Of a stretch of 64,000 bases of DNA, positions 37,808 through 49,800 are shown one piece after another; the first letter of the stretch is position 1, and every line of letters starts with the position of its first letter. The stretch covers positions 1-64,000 of the forward strand of contig JYFJ02001761.1 in assembly GCA_000934665.2 (NCBI GenBank), read 5' to 3'. Source of the DNA: Catajapyx aquilonaris. Lineage: Eukaryota. Made by a program: the position numbers and the translations under genes. The notes beneath the pieces were generated by a model. That model ran no database searches. It saw only the letters and a program-made list of their open reading frames with translations, and was not told the DNA's origin.

Positions 37808-37999
37808 CAGGCATTTCAGAGGGGTTTGTTTTGTATGAATCATGTGGCTGTGATCAAATCGGTCCATAATGTTAAGTTAATATTTTTCCAGTTAAGTCGA
37901 GGGAGACTTTTCTAGTTGTATGCGGAAAAGCGTGAAAACTTTTGTACTTATGTTATTTTTATGCGGAACAATCCAGAGAGGAGCACACTTGTTTAGACT

Positions 38000-38435
38000 G
38001 CATAGGTTAAGTTTCATTTTTTGATTTAAAGCTGGAACAGATGTTTTTTTTTTTTTTGTGATACTACTGAGAGAAAAGAATATTTATCTCACAGCATTGG
38101 GCAAGTCATTTTCAGAGATATTGCTGTGTGCAGGTAAAAAGCAGCTTTACTTGGTGTTAATCCTTCAATTTTTTCTTTATGACAAAAGACTGTTCTAATG
38201 GTGGAGCATTTTTACCTGAGAAGGTGAAGGACATTTCATTTTCAAAGAGTTGTTGCGTACAGGTAAAAGCAGCTTGAGTGTATTGTTAACACTTCCATTT
38301 TTTCTTTAAACAAAGATGTTTGTGATACAATTCAGATGGACCTCAGATTCAGCTGGGATTCAGACATTGTTACCTAAAAGTGCAGGATAAGTTTCATTTT
38401 CGGAGTGTTGTATTCAGATCAAAACCAGTGTTAGT
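38000..38435 (+). repeat. Degenerate ~130-bp tandem repeat in the THUMPD3 3'UTR
   Basis: TCATTTTCA(G/A)AGA..TTG..GT.CAGGTAAAA(A)GCAGCTT...TGTTAA..CTTC.ATTTTT.CTTTA recurs at ~38107 and ~38237. Partial copies AAGTTTCATTTT occur at ~38009 and ~38389. Confidence 0.7.
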
Positions 38436-40321
38436 CATTACTTGGGTCTTAGCCCATTCGCCTGTCGAGACAAGAAGGAACTGGCAATAAAAAGGATCTA
38501 AGAGCCCATAAAAACATTTATTTAAATGACTGATGAAATATAAACAAGTGATGTAATTTTTTCACATTGTACAAACAGTTACAAATATTTCAGTTAAATA
38601 ACTGCACCTGCCTACACATTTAAAGGATGTACAATAGTTGAGAGTTGAGACATAAGGAATGGGCAGGGAAGGAGCTTTATCTACATTGATTTGTACACTT
38701 TGACCCCTCATACTCGAAACCAGTACGATGAAGAATGTACGCCTTCTTTGCGACTCGAAATTTTACTCTCGAGGCACAAACTGCTGGCAGTGAGAAACAG
38801 ACCACTGAAATTGCACTTGTGTGCTCGTTCCATTTGTTACATCCTCGGACATGTACAACGAATGCCTAAGACATAAATCTCGCAAATATTGCAGTGGTCA
38901 TGACGCATGCAGAAAGCTCGATGAAATACTCTGTGGTGAAGGTAACAGAAATCCTGTTCACTTTGGCCGTTCTGAGTGTATGTAACTAGATGAGGAAAAT
39001 GGATGGGACATTGCACATGTGATGTATATTTACATGGGAGTAGGGGAGCAGAAAATGGAAGTCAAATCTGGTGTCCAGCACAGATTTACCATATCCTAAT
39101 CACATAACAAGCTTCTGCTGGTCTGCAGAGAAAAGGTGCGTAAAACTTAACAATCAAAATCGTTCCTCTCCGCACCCAAATCGTCGGTGCTTCTGTACAA
39201 TCAGTCTAAAACCAAAACTCGTCGCATGTTTTGGATCTGTGTATACTAGAAATGATCCATGTGTGACCTTTTGTACCAATTTAGTTGGCGATATGCAAAA
39301 CTGCATCGAGACTATGCATATTAACATTTCCAATGTCATGGCCTTATTTAGCAGGGGTGCAAAATGGCCCTGGATTGTTGGGCAGTATGAGACTATGCCA
39401 AAAATATTATGAAAACTCCAGTAAAAGTGTGCTACATGGTCTGGTAGTGCTGGTTCTTAAAAATCCATGGAAGATGTTGCGCTTTGATAATAATTAGCTA
39501 CACTTCCACTGTTAGATCGTCACAAGTTATTGTGCTGATGACATGCAGGAGTTGTAAATTGACTTGAATGCTACATCATTTGACACAATAAACTTGTGAC
39601 ACCAGCTGAAATAGTGGGAAAATTTTCCAGTTAACTCACACCGTCCTGTTCATGCTTTTACAATGATAATATTTTTTTGCAATTCAATTCTACCTGTCAT
39701 GCCAAAACTCCTAGCCTCAAAAGAAACAAAAAGCGGTCACCATCGTTAGAGGCGCACATATGCAGGGTATGTTACAAGTGACTGTACCTAACATATCTTG
39801 GACTCTCAACACCTATGTGACTATCTGAGAGGTGACTATCACGTGGACGCGACTTAATCAATACTTAACATGATGTCAAAGATGGAAAAGATTCCGCCAT
39901 GTCTTAAAACAGCCGTTCAAAAACAAACAGGTCCATTCAAACAGCATGATATGTTGCATGTACTTCAGAGATTGCGAAACTCATTACACATTTCACGCGA
40001 GCAGAAAGTAATTTCTTTTATCACAACAGGGCCTGAAGAAATGATGAGAGCAGATGGACACTACCTTGGGTAATTAGATAAGTACACTATAATCTAAGAA
40101 TAGCACCCACAGGGATGGCCTTTAAAGCTCACATTGAAGCCACTAACAAGATTTAGCTTGATAGCAATAACAATTGGTGTCCTGTTGCATTTCTACTAAC
40201 ATGCACACCCTTTTTTTGCAACTTCACGTATTGCAGAAAAAAATCACAGTGAATCTAACAATAGCCACAACAGTTAAATACTATATAGTTTTTTTTTCCG
40301 CATGGCTTTTAAAGATGACTG

Positions 40322-43300
40322 CTAATTATTCACTCTATTAGACTCCTTTTCATGCATTTGGTGTGGAAGTTCAGCCCTTGCTGCCATTTGTAGCACCTGC
40401 ACCCACCTGGAAAGTTTCATGCCATTTAATCGAACAAGTAGCTAGTTGAGTTTAGGTCATATAAATAGCTTTCAGTTGGAACATTTACATGGCCATGTGC
40501 AAGAGAGTTGCAAATCTTACCTGTCGCCTTCTTCCTTTGAGTTTGCCTGGAAGTAATACGATTTTCGGGTGTGGAACAATTTGAACACCTTCCCCTTTTC
40601 CTTTTCCTGGATCCCTCCTTCCCCCTTCAGGTCAGTCACTTTGGCGATTGTGAACCCTGGCACCGGGGTGGCAGTCATGGCTCGTGAGTCAGTGTGTGCA
40701 CGGAAGGAGTAGAGAACAAAGTCTGCGTGGAGGCAGAACCACCTCTTCACCCATGATTTCCCCCTCGTCTTTAGAAGCAGGTAGCTGCTCAACACTGACG
40801 AATCTTCTGCTGAAACCTTAGATAATATGCTTTAATTAGTTAACTTGCACTCCCTTTTGTTATCCGTTGCATTCTCTGGTTGTATCATAGTTACCTCCAA
40901 AAGTCCCTTATCTCTGTTGGGAAGGACTTTTCCAAGACCATTGCTCTCATGATCATCCAGGTCAGGACTTTTTTCAATGCCTTTGTTGTCAGGGAGTTGA
41001 TGATGTAGGATCTGGTAACACTGACGACACACGCGCAATGCTTTGTTATCCTCAAACTGGAGGCTACACTTTTGTCCAGAACATTTGCTGCACACAACCT
41101 GTAGCAAGTAAATGTTATCATTTCTTATTGTCAGTCTACCAAGGTAGAGTTTCATTAATATGTTGCAAATCATAACATCTATTGCAAAAGCAGGTCTACA
41201 GTGGCACCTACCACTCCACAAGCTCGGCAATGATGTTTCCGCCTCATCATGGTGAACTGTGCAGAGCAGTCCATGCAACGGACCACGCTGTCCATCTTGA
41301 TGAGGTTAGGTGGCCTCTTCCCAATTTCATTATCGTGTGGCTTGAGGCTGTCATTGCCGATCTTCAGAGATGACTTCCGCTTGTCTAGTTCACGGATGGC
41401 CAGAATAAAGCTGTTAATCCAAGCGTCCTTCTCCTCGGGAGTCCTGCCAAAGACATTAATCATTTCAGCCATCTGCAGATTGCTTTGACTTTGAAAGCAG
41501 AACTTACTGTGTGTAAAGTTCTATGTTCTTGTGACTATCTCTAATGTAAAAAGTATTGGCTGTCTCCAAATTGTCCCCTTCCAGTATCTGCATGCTGTCC
41601 ACATTGAACCTAGCTCGTGGCCTATAATGGTTATGTCCTGACATGACTCTATTGGACTGGGAGCACAGCAACAGCAGGTCGTTAAACTGGAAATGAAATG
41701 TATTGTTACATCCGTCACTGTGATACACCTCTGAAGTACCAACCAGGAAGAGATATCTCTCCTGATGGTCCCCACTGCGTGCAGATATTTTCACTATTTT
41801 CCCTTCACGGATGAGCTCTCGGGAAGGGCTGACCAGATCCACAGCACCCCCTATCCTCTCCTGGATCTCAAGAAGCTGCTTGAATTTGTCGATTTTCCTC
41901 ATTGCTTCATTGGCATGGTTGGCAGCCGTTGACACCAAATGGAGAGCAGCTGAAAATATTTCATGTTGTAGAATTTCTTACTCCGACCATCAATACAATC
42001 ATTTCATCTTGGCATGTAACATTTTTGTGAGGCAGACTGACTTTGTGTACCACACTATACTTTTACATCACTCACTTTCAGTGTCTTCTCTATCAGGAGA
42101 ATCATCAGGTAACTTCTTCAGGTACTCCTTAAGCAGCAGTTCATACCTAGGAACCCTTTGGATGGGTCCTAACATATGGTGCTGCAGGGTCAGATTGCCA
42201 CATTCTGGCCGTCTCTGTAGGATAAGATATGAATGTCATATTCGCTAGAACCAACTAGGATTCCATGCTCACATGTATCTCATCCATGATGTTGGCAAAG
42301 CGCTGGTTCTTGCCGTACATGACATTAATCATGTTCATGGCATTATCGAAGCTCTTGACATATTCGGTGTACATCTTGAGGAATGGAGCAAAATTCTTCA
42401 TGATGTCCCCAATGCATCGCTCCTCATCCCACTTCTGCATTCTCTCTTCCAGCTGTGGCAGGAGGAAGTCGTGATGTAGCTTGTAGATTGACTTGATGTT
42501 AGAGAACATCTGTGGAATCATCTCCTGGGCAAACATGTGGTGGGCTCTGTTCTCGTGATCCACTTGGAACTGAAAGACCTAAGGAAAGAAACTCTCAACA
42601 TTTGAACCACATCAGATTTAACATTTAGTCCCATGCTATACCTGATCTATGAGGTGCAGAATTGTGACATAACTCCTCTCAGTAGAAAGCAGCTCCAGAG
42701 CAATTTTGTACGCTCTGTCCCTTCGTGGTTCAGGAGGTTCAATGGCCAGCAATAGGCTGCTTGACCGTGGGCTGCTAGGCTGACTTCCTGAGCAACTTTC
42801 CAGCTCTGATGCCGCTGCCAATGAGCTGCAGTCTAGGTCAAGCATCAGGGCAGAAGTGGCCGATGATGATGGGGCCTCCGAGGATGAGGAGCAATCAACT
42901 GTGCAGGTTCCTCCAATACCACTGTCCTCTGGGCTGCTGCCAGAGGCTGCCCTCTTTGTGACTATTCCTCTGCGTCTGGTGGCCTTCCGCTCCTCATCTT
43001 CATCCTCACTTTCAGATTCAGACACATCATATGCTTCTTGAAAGCTCACTTGCTCTGTGCTGAATCTGAAGCAATAGGTCATTAATTGACACACATGAAA
43101 AGGAGTGAAGGCAAGGGATTAACGCTAACACACTATGCTACGTAAATAATAATGGATTGTGTAAAAACCTAGCCTTTAGAATTGCAAATTCAGCAGAGCT
43201 TTGCCTCATGACTAATTCTATTCTTAGCGTCACATTATATTATGCCAAAACATGCCTCATTTGTAGCGTCATTGTCTTCTGTGCACTGCTATCCTCTGCG

Positions 43301-44926
43301 AGAATTTAAAAGCAAGCAGTCACCTGTAGGAGTTAGTTGTGCCGCAGTACTCAAAGGTGCTCCTGGACGAGTGCATGTGGAATTGACTCCCAGTCTTGAA
43401 CTGCTCCGGGGGGGAAAGGATGATGGGAGCAAAACGAGGAAAGCCCCCAAAGCTGGGGAACCGTCCAAAGGTATGTGACTCTGCAGGTGAGGGTGGGAAT
43501 TTGGGGAATCCTCCCAGAAAGCCCCCAATGCTGCTGGATGACCTGCCATTGCTTGGCTTGTGATCCGCAAAGGCAGGAGGAGCCTCTAAGGTGGCGGCAG
43601 AAGAGAACATACTTCCACTACAACTGCTGCTGCTACTACTGCTTGTGCTGGCAGAGGTCATTTGATGCAGGAGACGTTGGTGGTGATACTGTTGCTGTTG
43701 CTGTTGTTGCTGGCGACTCCAACTGTTTCCCAGTCCTGATGAGGAACTCACACTGCGGATCACCTCCTTCTGCTGGGCCTTCCACTCATCTTCACGGTCT
43801 TCACTTCGGCTACGGTGGGACTCATCAAAACTGGAGAGACAATAAGCAAAATGTGTTAGGGAAGGTTGTGTAATTGCAGTTATGCCTCAATAATATTTTC
43901 ATCCTAATAGTGTCAAAAAATTATTGACTACCAGTATTATGCAAGAATTGCTGGCCTGGGAAAAGTCTCATCTGTTTTCATTTTCTTGAGTTTCTTTATG
44001 ATATCAGCTTGGCAGTCATCAACAAAAAAGTTACGGACACTGTCTTGAATGTTCCATTCTGTGTAATTGAAGGGCAGATGGCAATTTTGTAATACATTAT
44101 GTTATGAGATGACTACGGAACTTGTAGTTTTTGCGGCCAGCTGGACAACACAGAGTAAGTGACTAGCAGACAGTGTTTCAACTTTAATGTATGCTATAGA
44201 TATAGCTTAAGAGCAAGAGGATTTGAGAAAAAGTCACATTAGTTCATGAAGTGCACTGAAAACACTTAGAAAAGTGCTTTCAGTGCAGTTCATATCATTT
44301 CCTATGTGACTTGAAAGAATCTGAAGAAAGTGCTCAAGAGTTAGTGCACAGCAAAACACATGCATTCCCAAACATCAAAAAAAGATACAGCAGTTCAGAT
44401 ACCTAGCTGCAAATTTGTTCCCATTTGATAGCAAATTCCTGGCTTTGCTTGAGAAGACTCCGCCAAAAGGAAGCGTCCTGGAGCCATTGTTCATGTGCAC
44501 AAATTCGTTGAAATCTTCTGAGGAGCTGAGGATATTGGAAAAGCATTCCTTCTTCTCCTGCATTATGCGTTCCAGTAGATCATCATGGCCATCATCATTG
44601 TCCTGGCTCTGACTAAACCACTCGTGCTTCCCTTGGCTCATTTTATGCAGCCTTTCTTGGCGCAGCTTCCTCTCCCGCTCCATCTTGACTTGCTGGGATG
44701 TCTTGCAGCTGCTTGCACTTCTGGAGATGCCTCGACTGCTGTTGCCTTTTACACCAGTGGTGCTACTGCGGAGACCAAACCGAAGCAGCTGGGGACTTTT
44801 CCTGCCACTGGTTGCGGTGCAGGCAGGCAATGACTGGTGATGTCGCACCTTCTGGTCTACGGATCTCTTGAGTGTGAAGCCCACTAAAGTGACGGGCTCC
44901 TTGTCCACCCGCACAATGGCATCCAT
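40322..44926 (-). CDS. FGD: FYVE, RhoGEF and PH domain-containing protein (FGD/frabin family Cdc42 GEF); true N-terminus uncertain
   Basis: DH domain ([60 protein letters not shown]), PH1 ([25 protein letters not shown]), FYVE ([31 protein letters not shown]) and PH2 (WVKRWFCL). Ten or more phase-compatible exons lie between 44949 and 40322. 44926 is the first ATG in the most upstream clear exon. Confidence 0.9.
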
Positions 44927-46493
44927 GACCGTCGTGGCACCTCTCCTTCTGTGAGGAGTGATGGTAAGGATAGGGAAAGATGGCACATTTAAGTGAGTCA
45001 CACATGCAGACTGCAGGTAGGTCTTAATGACATTCCAGGTCAGACCTGCACTCACCACATTAAACAATATTGTAAAACAATCTCAAAGTATGAATTATTG
45101 ATAGGTTAAAAACAAAATTTATATCCAGCTATATTTTCCAGTAATGAAGCATGTTTAATGGCTACACGGTAATTTACGGTGATAATGTGTATCAACTACC
45201 ACAATAATAGTTGGTTCCAACTGTGTATGCAAACATGCAAATGGTTCAGAATCAAACATTACTGAGAATGTAAACTACTACTGATTTGTTGGATTACCGC
45301 ATGTATGGACATGCAAATAATAGAAAATAGTTGCAGGTCCCATTTTTACCTATCATGAAAAAGTCTGTTAATTTGTAAAACTCCTGATATGCATTTTAAA
45401 AAAAACAATGTAGCCACAGTACTTTTCATTTTCATAATGGTGCCCACTCTTATAGCCTTTGGCAGTGCAGGTACATCATTTGAATGAAAAATAATTTCAT
45501 TATCTAATGATTTATAGTTAATCCTCCCACGCTCAATTGGCTTGCAAGCTACACCATGGCCTTTTCAATATGCACACATCCACATATTATAATTCAGTGA
45601 TCAAGCTGATGTATCGGCGAGCCTCAGCTGCCAATATTTAATTATGTGACATAATTCCATAACGCAGCAGTTCCCTCACAGTCACACATAGAGTTGAAAT
45701 TTGAATACCTCATTCAATATAATTGGTCTGTATGATCCGTACTGTGTGCTGCCTTTATTGATCATAAAAATTATAACACAAACTTGTAAAGTTAATAAAT
45801 TCACATTTGCCGTAGCGCAGCCATAGCGTATAACATAAACATTTCAAACAATTTTTTTTTTGCAATTCCATACTTTTCATGCAACCAGTACCTCTATCGC
45901 ATGATTACTTCGATGTCGCATGATGTGAATAGTTCAGATAGCAATCAGTGTTTACAGACACGAAGCACGACATCCAGCACTTAAACTTAAATAGATCTAG
46001 ATTTATCACCCGCCCAAACTATTCACGTACACCACTTGTGTTAAGCACTACTTGAAATACAAGCCTATGTACGGTTACATAATTTGAAGGAAGACACCTA
46101 ACGAAATATTTGTTTGCTTGTTTGTTTATATTTGATGATGGGAACATTATTTTAACTCAGTGTACACATTACCACCTCGACACATAACGACCTGACAAGG
46201 CTCGTAAAAAACACACTGTAAACCCCCTAAGGTTGCGCCAGGCGTCCTAGGTCAAGACAACCACAAATCAACCCCAAAACGACCTCAGAAGCCTCTGGAT
46301 AAGACTCCCCTTTCATCTGAACACAAATCAGCAGCCAAGATGGCATCTACACCTCGGAGGAAATGAACCTCTTGTGCGTTCACTTTTGCCAGTTCCACCA
46401 AAATAGGATGAAAAGGACAAGAGATCCCCCCATTCCATTTACTCATCTATATCCCTCATCATATTAGGAGACATTAAGATAGATGATCAACAT

Positions 46494-46523
46494 GGGGGGG
46501 NNGGGGGGGGGGGGGGGGGGGGG
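46494..46523 (+). repeat. Poly-G tract containing an N
   Basis: About 30 G. A poly-C tract with an N also lies at ~49858-49886, and a shorter G run at ~18967-18978. Confidence 0.9.
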
Positions 46524-46724
46524 CTCTTTTCATTCATTCTGCCCTTAATAAGCCTTCTAGCTAATGATGAGCCTCCGTTGCCTTTTGATGGTGGCCACCA
46601 CTTTAATAAGGGATTATTTACGTGCATGGACTCGGCTTACAAGCAATTTGTGGGTGTTATTACTTCAGACTACTTTCCGGTTTGTGAGTTATTACTACAG
46701 TTGTATTACATGCACTGTACAAGA

Positions 46725-46888
46725 GTCCCAAGGAGAAACGCCCCAACTGCAAAACCAGTAAGGGTGAATATCGCATGAATGCCCTGCACTAATCACCCCC
46801 TGGACCAAGGGGGATTAGTGCAGGGCATGCACGCGACTTTCACCCTTACTAGTTTTGCAGTTAGGGTGTTTCTCCTTGGGACGGCATA
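46725..46888. mobile_element. Foldback MITE family B, free-standing copy
   Basis: GTCCCAAGGAGAAACGCCCCAACTGCAAAACCAGTAAGGGTGAA..GCCCTGCACTAATC / GATTAGTGCAGGGC..TTCACCCTTACTAGTTTTGCAGTTAGGGTGTTTCTCCTTGGGAC; arms of ~70 bp. Confidence 0.85.
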
Positions 46889-49800
46889 TTCAAATGAATT
46901 GCGATCTTTGGATGTGAAATTGACTAAATTTTAATGACCTGACAAGGTAGGCGTTAGTGCGTGCATTTGGAGGCTTTTATAGTGTGTACCTCTCTCGACA
47001 AGCTGCCGGGGTGTAATATTTGCATTTCATTTATGTGAGTAGAGATATTTACTTAAGGGGAGAGGTATACACTCACTGTAAATGCAGTTGAATTTTTGAT
47101 GGACTACTCCGATGGCACAGTTGCAAATCTATGCGATGCTATATTAGCACCAAATTACTCCACCCCATTTTGACAAGGAGCTAATTAGTCACCAGGATGA
47201 CGTCAATGACTACACAATTCTATCCTGCAGCAGTGGAATTCAAAATTCTCTTACTGGAAGTGATGAATATGTAACAAACTTTGCATTTTATAATAATAGA
47301 GATATCATATGTCGCAGCATTTGAATAAATTTCTAGAACGAATGACAGCCGGTAGTCACGTGCTCACTTTTATTTATCCATGACACACTTTCATATTCAT
47401 TAACGCAATAAACCTCTCACTTAAAATAGACAAAAAAAAGTGGTGCTAGAGTGCCCCCGTTTCAAATATCTGCAAGCTCTATTTTCAACAGATTACTATT
47501 GACCTACATATGGCTTTTTCTACCTACACAATATGCACACAAAAACTGCACTATATAGGATCAAATATCAAATCCCAAAGCTGAATGAACTTTAACACGG
47601 ATAATGAGCTTTGTTAGAAATGTGCAAACAAGGAGTCATACTTTTGCACTGTATTATGTTACCGCATACACACGTCATGGTTATTTTTATTGTGGCACAG
47701 CCTCAGCTGTTTGTTTCACTCGTTGGAAATTTTTTTGCACCTCGCGAATTCTCAAATTGTGCAAAAATAAACGCCTTATCTTCATACAGAACTAGCAAAA
47801 AAACCGGGGTTAAAATCCTCCAAGACATAAAACAGACTTTTCTTTTTATTGCGTGTGGTAGCCCGGATTTTGACAATTCATGACTCCCTCATGGCCTAGA
47901 ATTTAGATGAAATATCGATATGTTACCAACTCGTCTAATGTTAACCCCACTTTTTTTCATCCATTGTTATTTATTTACCCAGCGTATAGGCAAATATTGT
48001 GCTCCTTTCTCAACTCGGTTCAGCGAACTCTACCAATATTTTTTTTTCCTTCCATAGACGCGGATCGATACCCGGTTTCTCCAGACCAAAATTTTCTGAA
48101 GTTACACCCTATACAAGTGTAATTGCCAAACTTTCAGTGTACCATATGGTAGCATTTTTTTTTGCATATTGTGTATGGGGTTAGTACTGAACATAATATA
48201 AATCTGATGGTGCTAACCACAGAGTTGTGACACCCGTAAACAGACATATGAAAGTAAATAAGATAATATAATAATAGGGCAGGGAAGCTTTTATTGATTC
48301 GGTCCGCCCTAGTATAAAGCCATGGCCGGGGGTTTATGGGCCTGGGAGCACCGCCCGGAATCTCAAGAGCTGCTGAGAGGGAACTGCCCGGATATAATAA
48401 TAATAGCAATTAAACAATGGTTATCAGCAGAATCACTAGAATAATGATTAGGTCAAATTTTGATGAAATCATATGAGAAAGTATGTACTTACGTTCAGAT
48501 AACATTTCCAACGTGCTTTACTTCACTCACTTTTTCCCTCGTTTGAACAGATAGTACCGAGAGGTTCAGATATTTCCACTCTAGTAAACACTTATGTGTG
48601 ATGAATACAAATCACAGATTTAATAAACAAAAAACAAAAAAATCAGCGACACGCTCCAGTTTTTTTTCACCATCTGCATAGGGCAGTAAACTCAGTAATA
48701 AACACAAGTATGGCACGCTATCCAGAATTATTTTCAGGTGGCACTTTTTCTCAGAATGTCCAATGAAATAGCTCGTAAAAGATGGGAAAAAGTCAGGTTA
48801 CGAGCCTGTATACGGTGCATGTGGCCAGAAATTGCATATTGGTGTAAATAATGAATGGACTTTTTATTGCGAATTCTAGCAGTTTTCGCAAGTCTGCGGA
48901 TATTCCACAAGGTGTTTCATAATGATTTTCCACAGAACACACTATGGTAGTCTCATCAATGAAGCCTGCAATTACTCCAGTACTTTCTAGGAAATCCCTC
49001 TAGAGTGGTTGTTCGATCAATGCCAAGTGGCCACACCTAGTTCGAGATTGCCAAATTGATTACCATTGCCTGCCACTTTATAAAACTATATTACAATAGT
49101 ATAACTGACACTTTAAATCCAGGGGGGAAAAAATATTGACGCCCGAACTTTACATCTCCAAGAAAAATATTTGGATTTCCATTACTCCCCATTCTACTGA
49201 AAAGTCAGCTCCGAGTGTAAGGTAAACACCCTGCTTTCCAATACTAGCAAAATCCTTCAATATTGACCGGCCGAGGTGCCCGGAATCTAATTTACCTTCC
49301 AACATTGTTGTCTGCAGGAAATTCTCATCCGGAGAATTTCCACGCCCGGATTATTCTTAAGCACATAATAAGGACGCAATAAAAGGCGACCAGGCGCTCC
49401 TAATAACATCCAGTGTAATTGCCAAAGTTTTTTTTTTGTTGCACAATATGGTTTCGTGGACCCAAATTATTCCAGGTCACGTCAATAGCCCGTTAGGTCC
49501 GTGTAGGTGACCGGTGACCATTTTTTTTTCATCCTGTTTAGAAGCTGCCCACATTGGATGTAAATGGTACCGTTGACCTCACATGAGCCTACGCTCAAGC
49601 ATTCCTCCACGCCTTGCATTTCTATACACCTATGCAATTGTGCATCCAGTACAGACGAATCGGACCGAAAACTACGGTGTCAACCGGTACCAAAATATGC
49701 CAAGGACAACACCTGGCGTGGGTACAATGTATATGACCTTTCCAACTATTTTGTCTTAAAATCAACACGATAAACACCAATCACGTGTAACGGCACTGTA

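Noticed and set aside
43600..43715. Poly-Gln/poly-Ser runs in the FGD N-terminal exon
   Set aside because: Short homopeptide runs are ordinary in disordered regions of signalling proteins.
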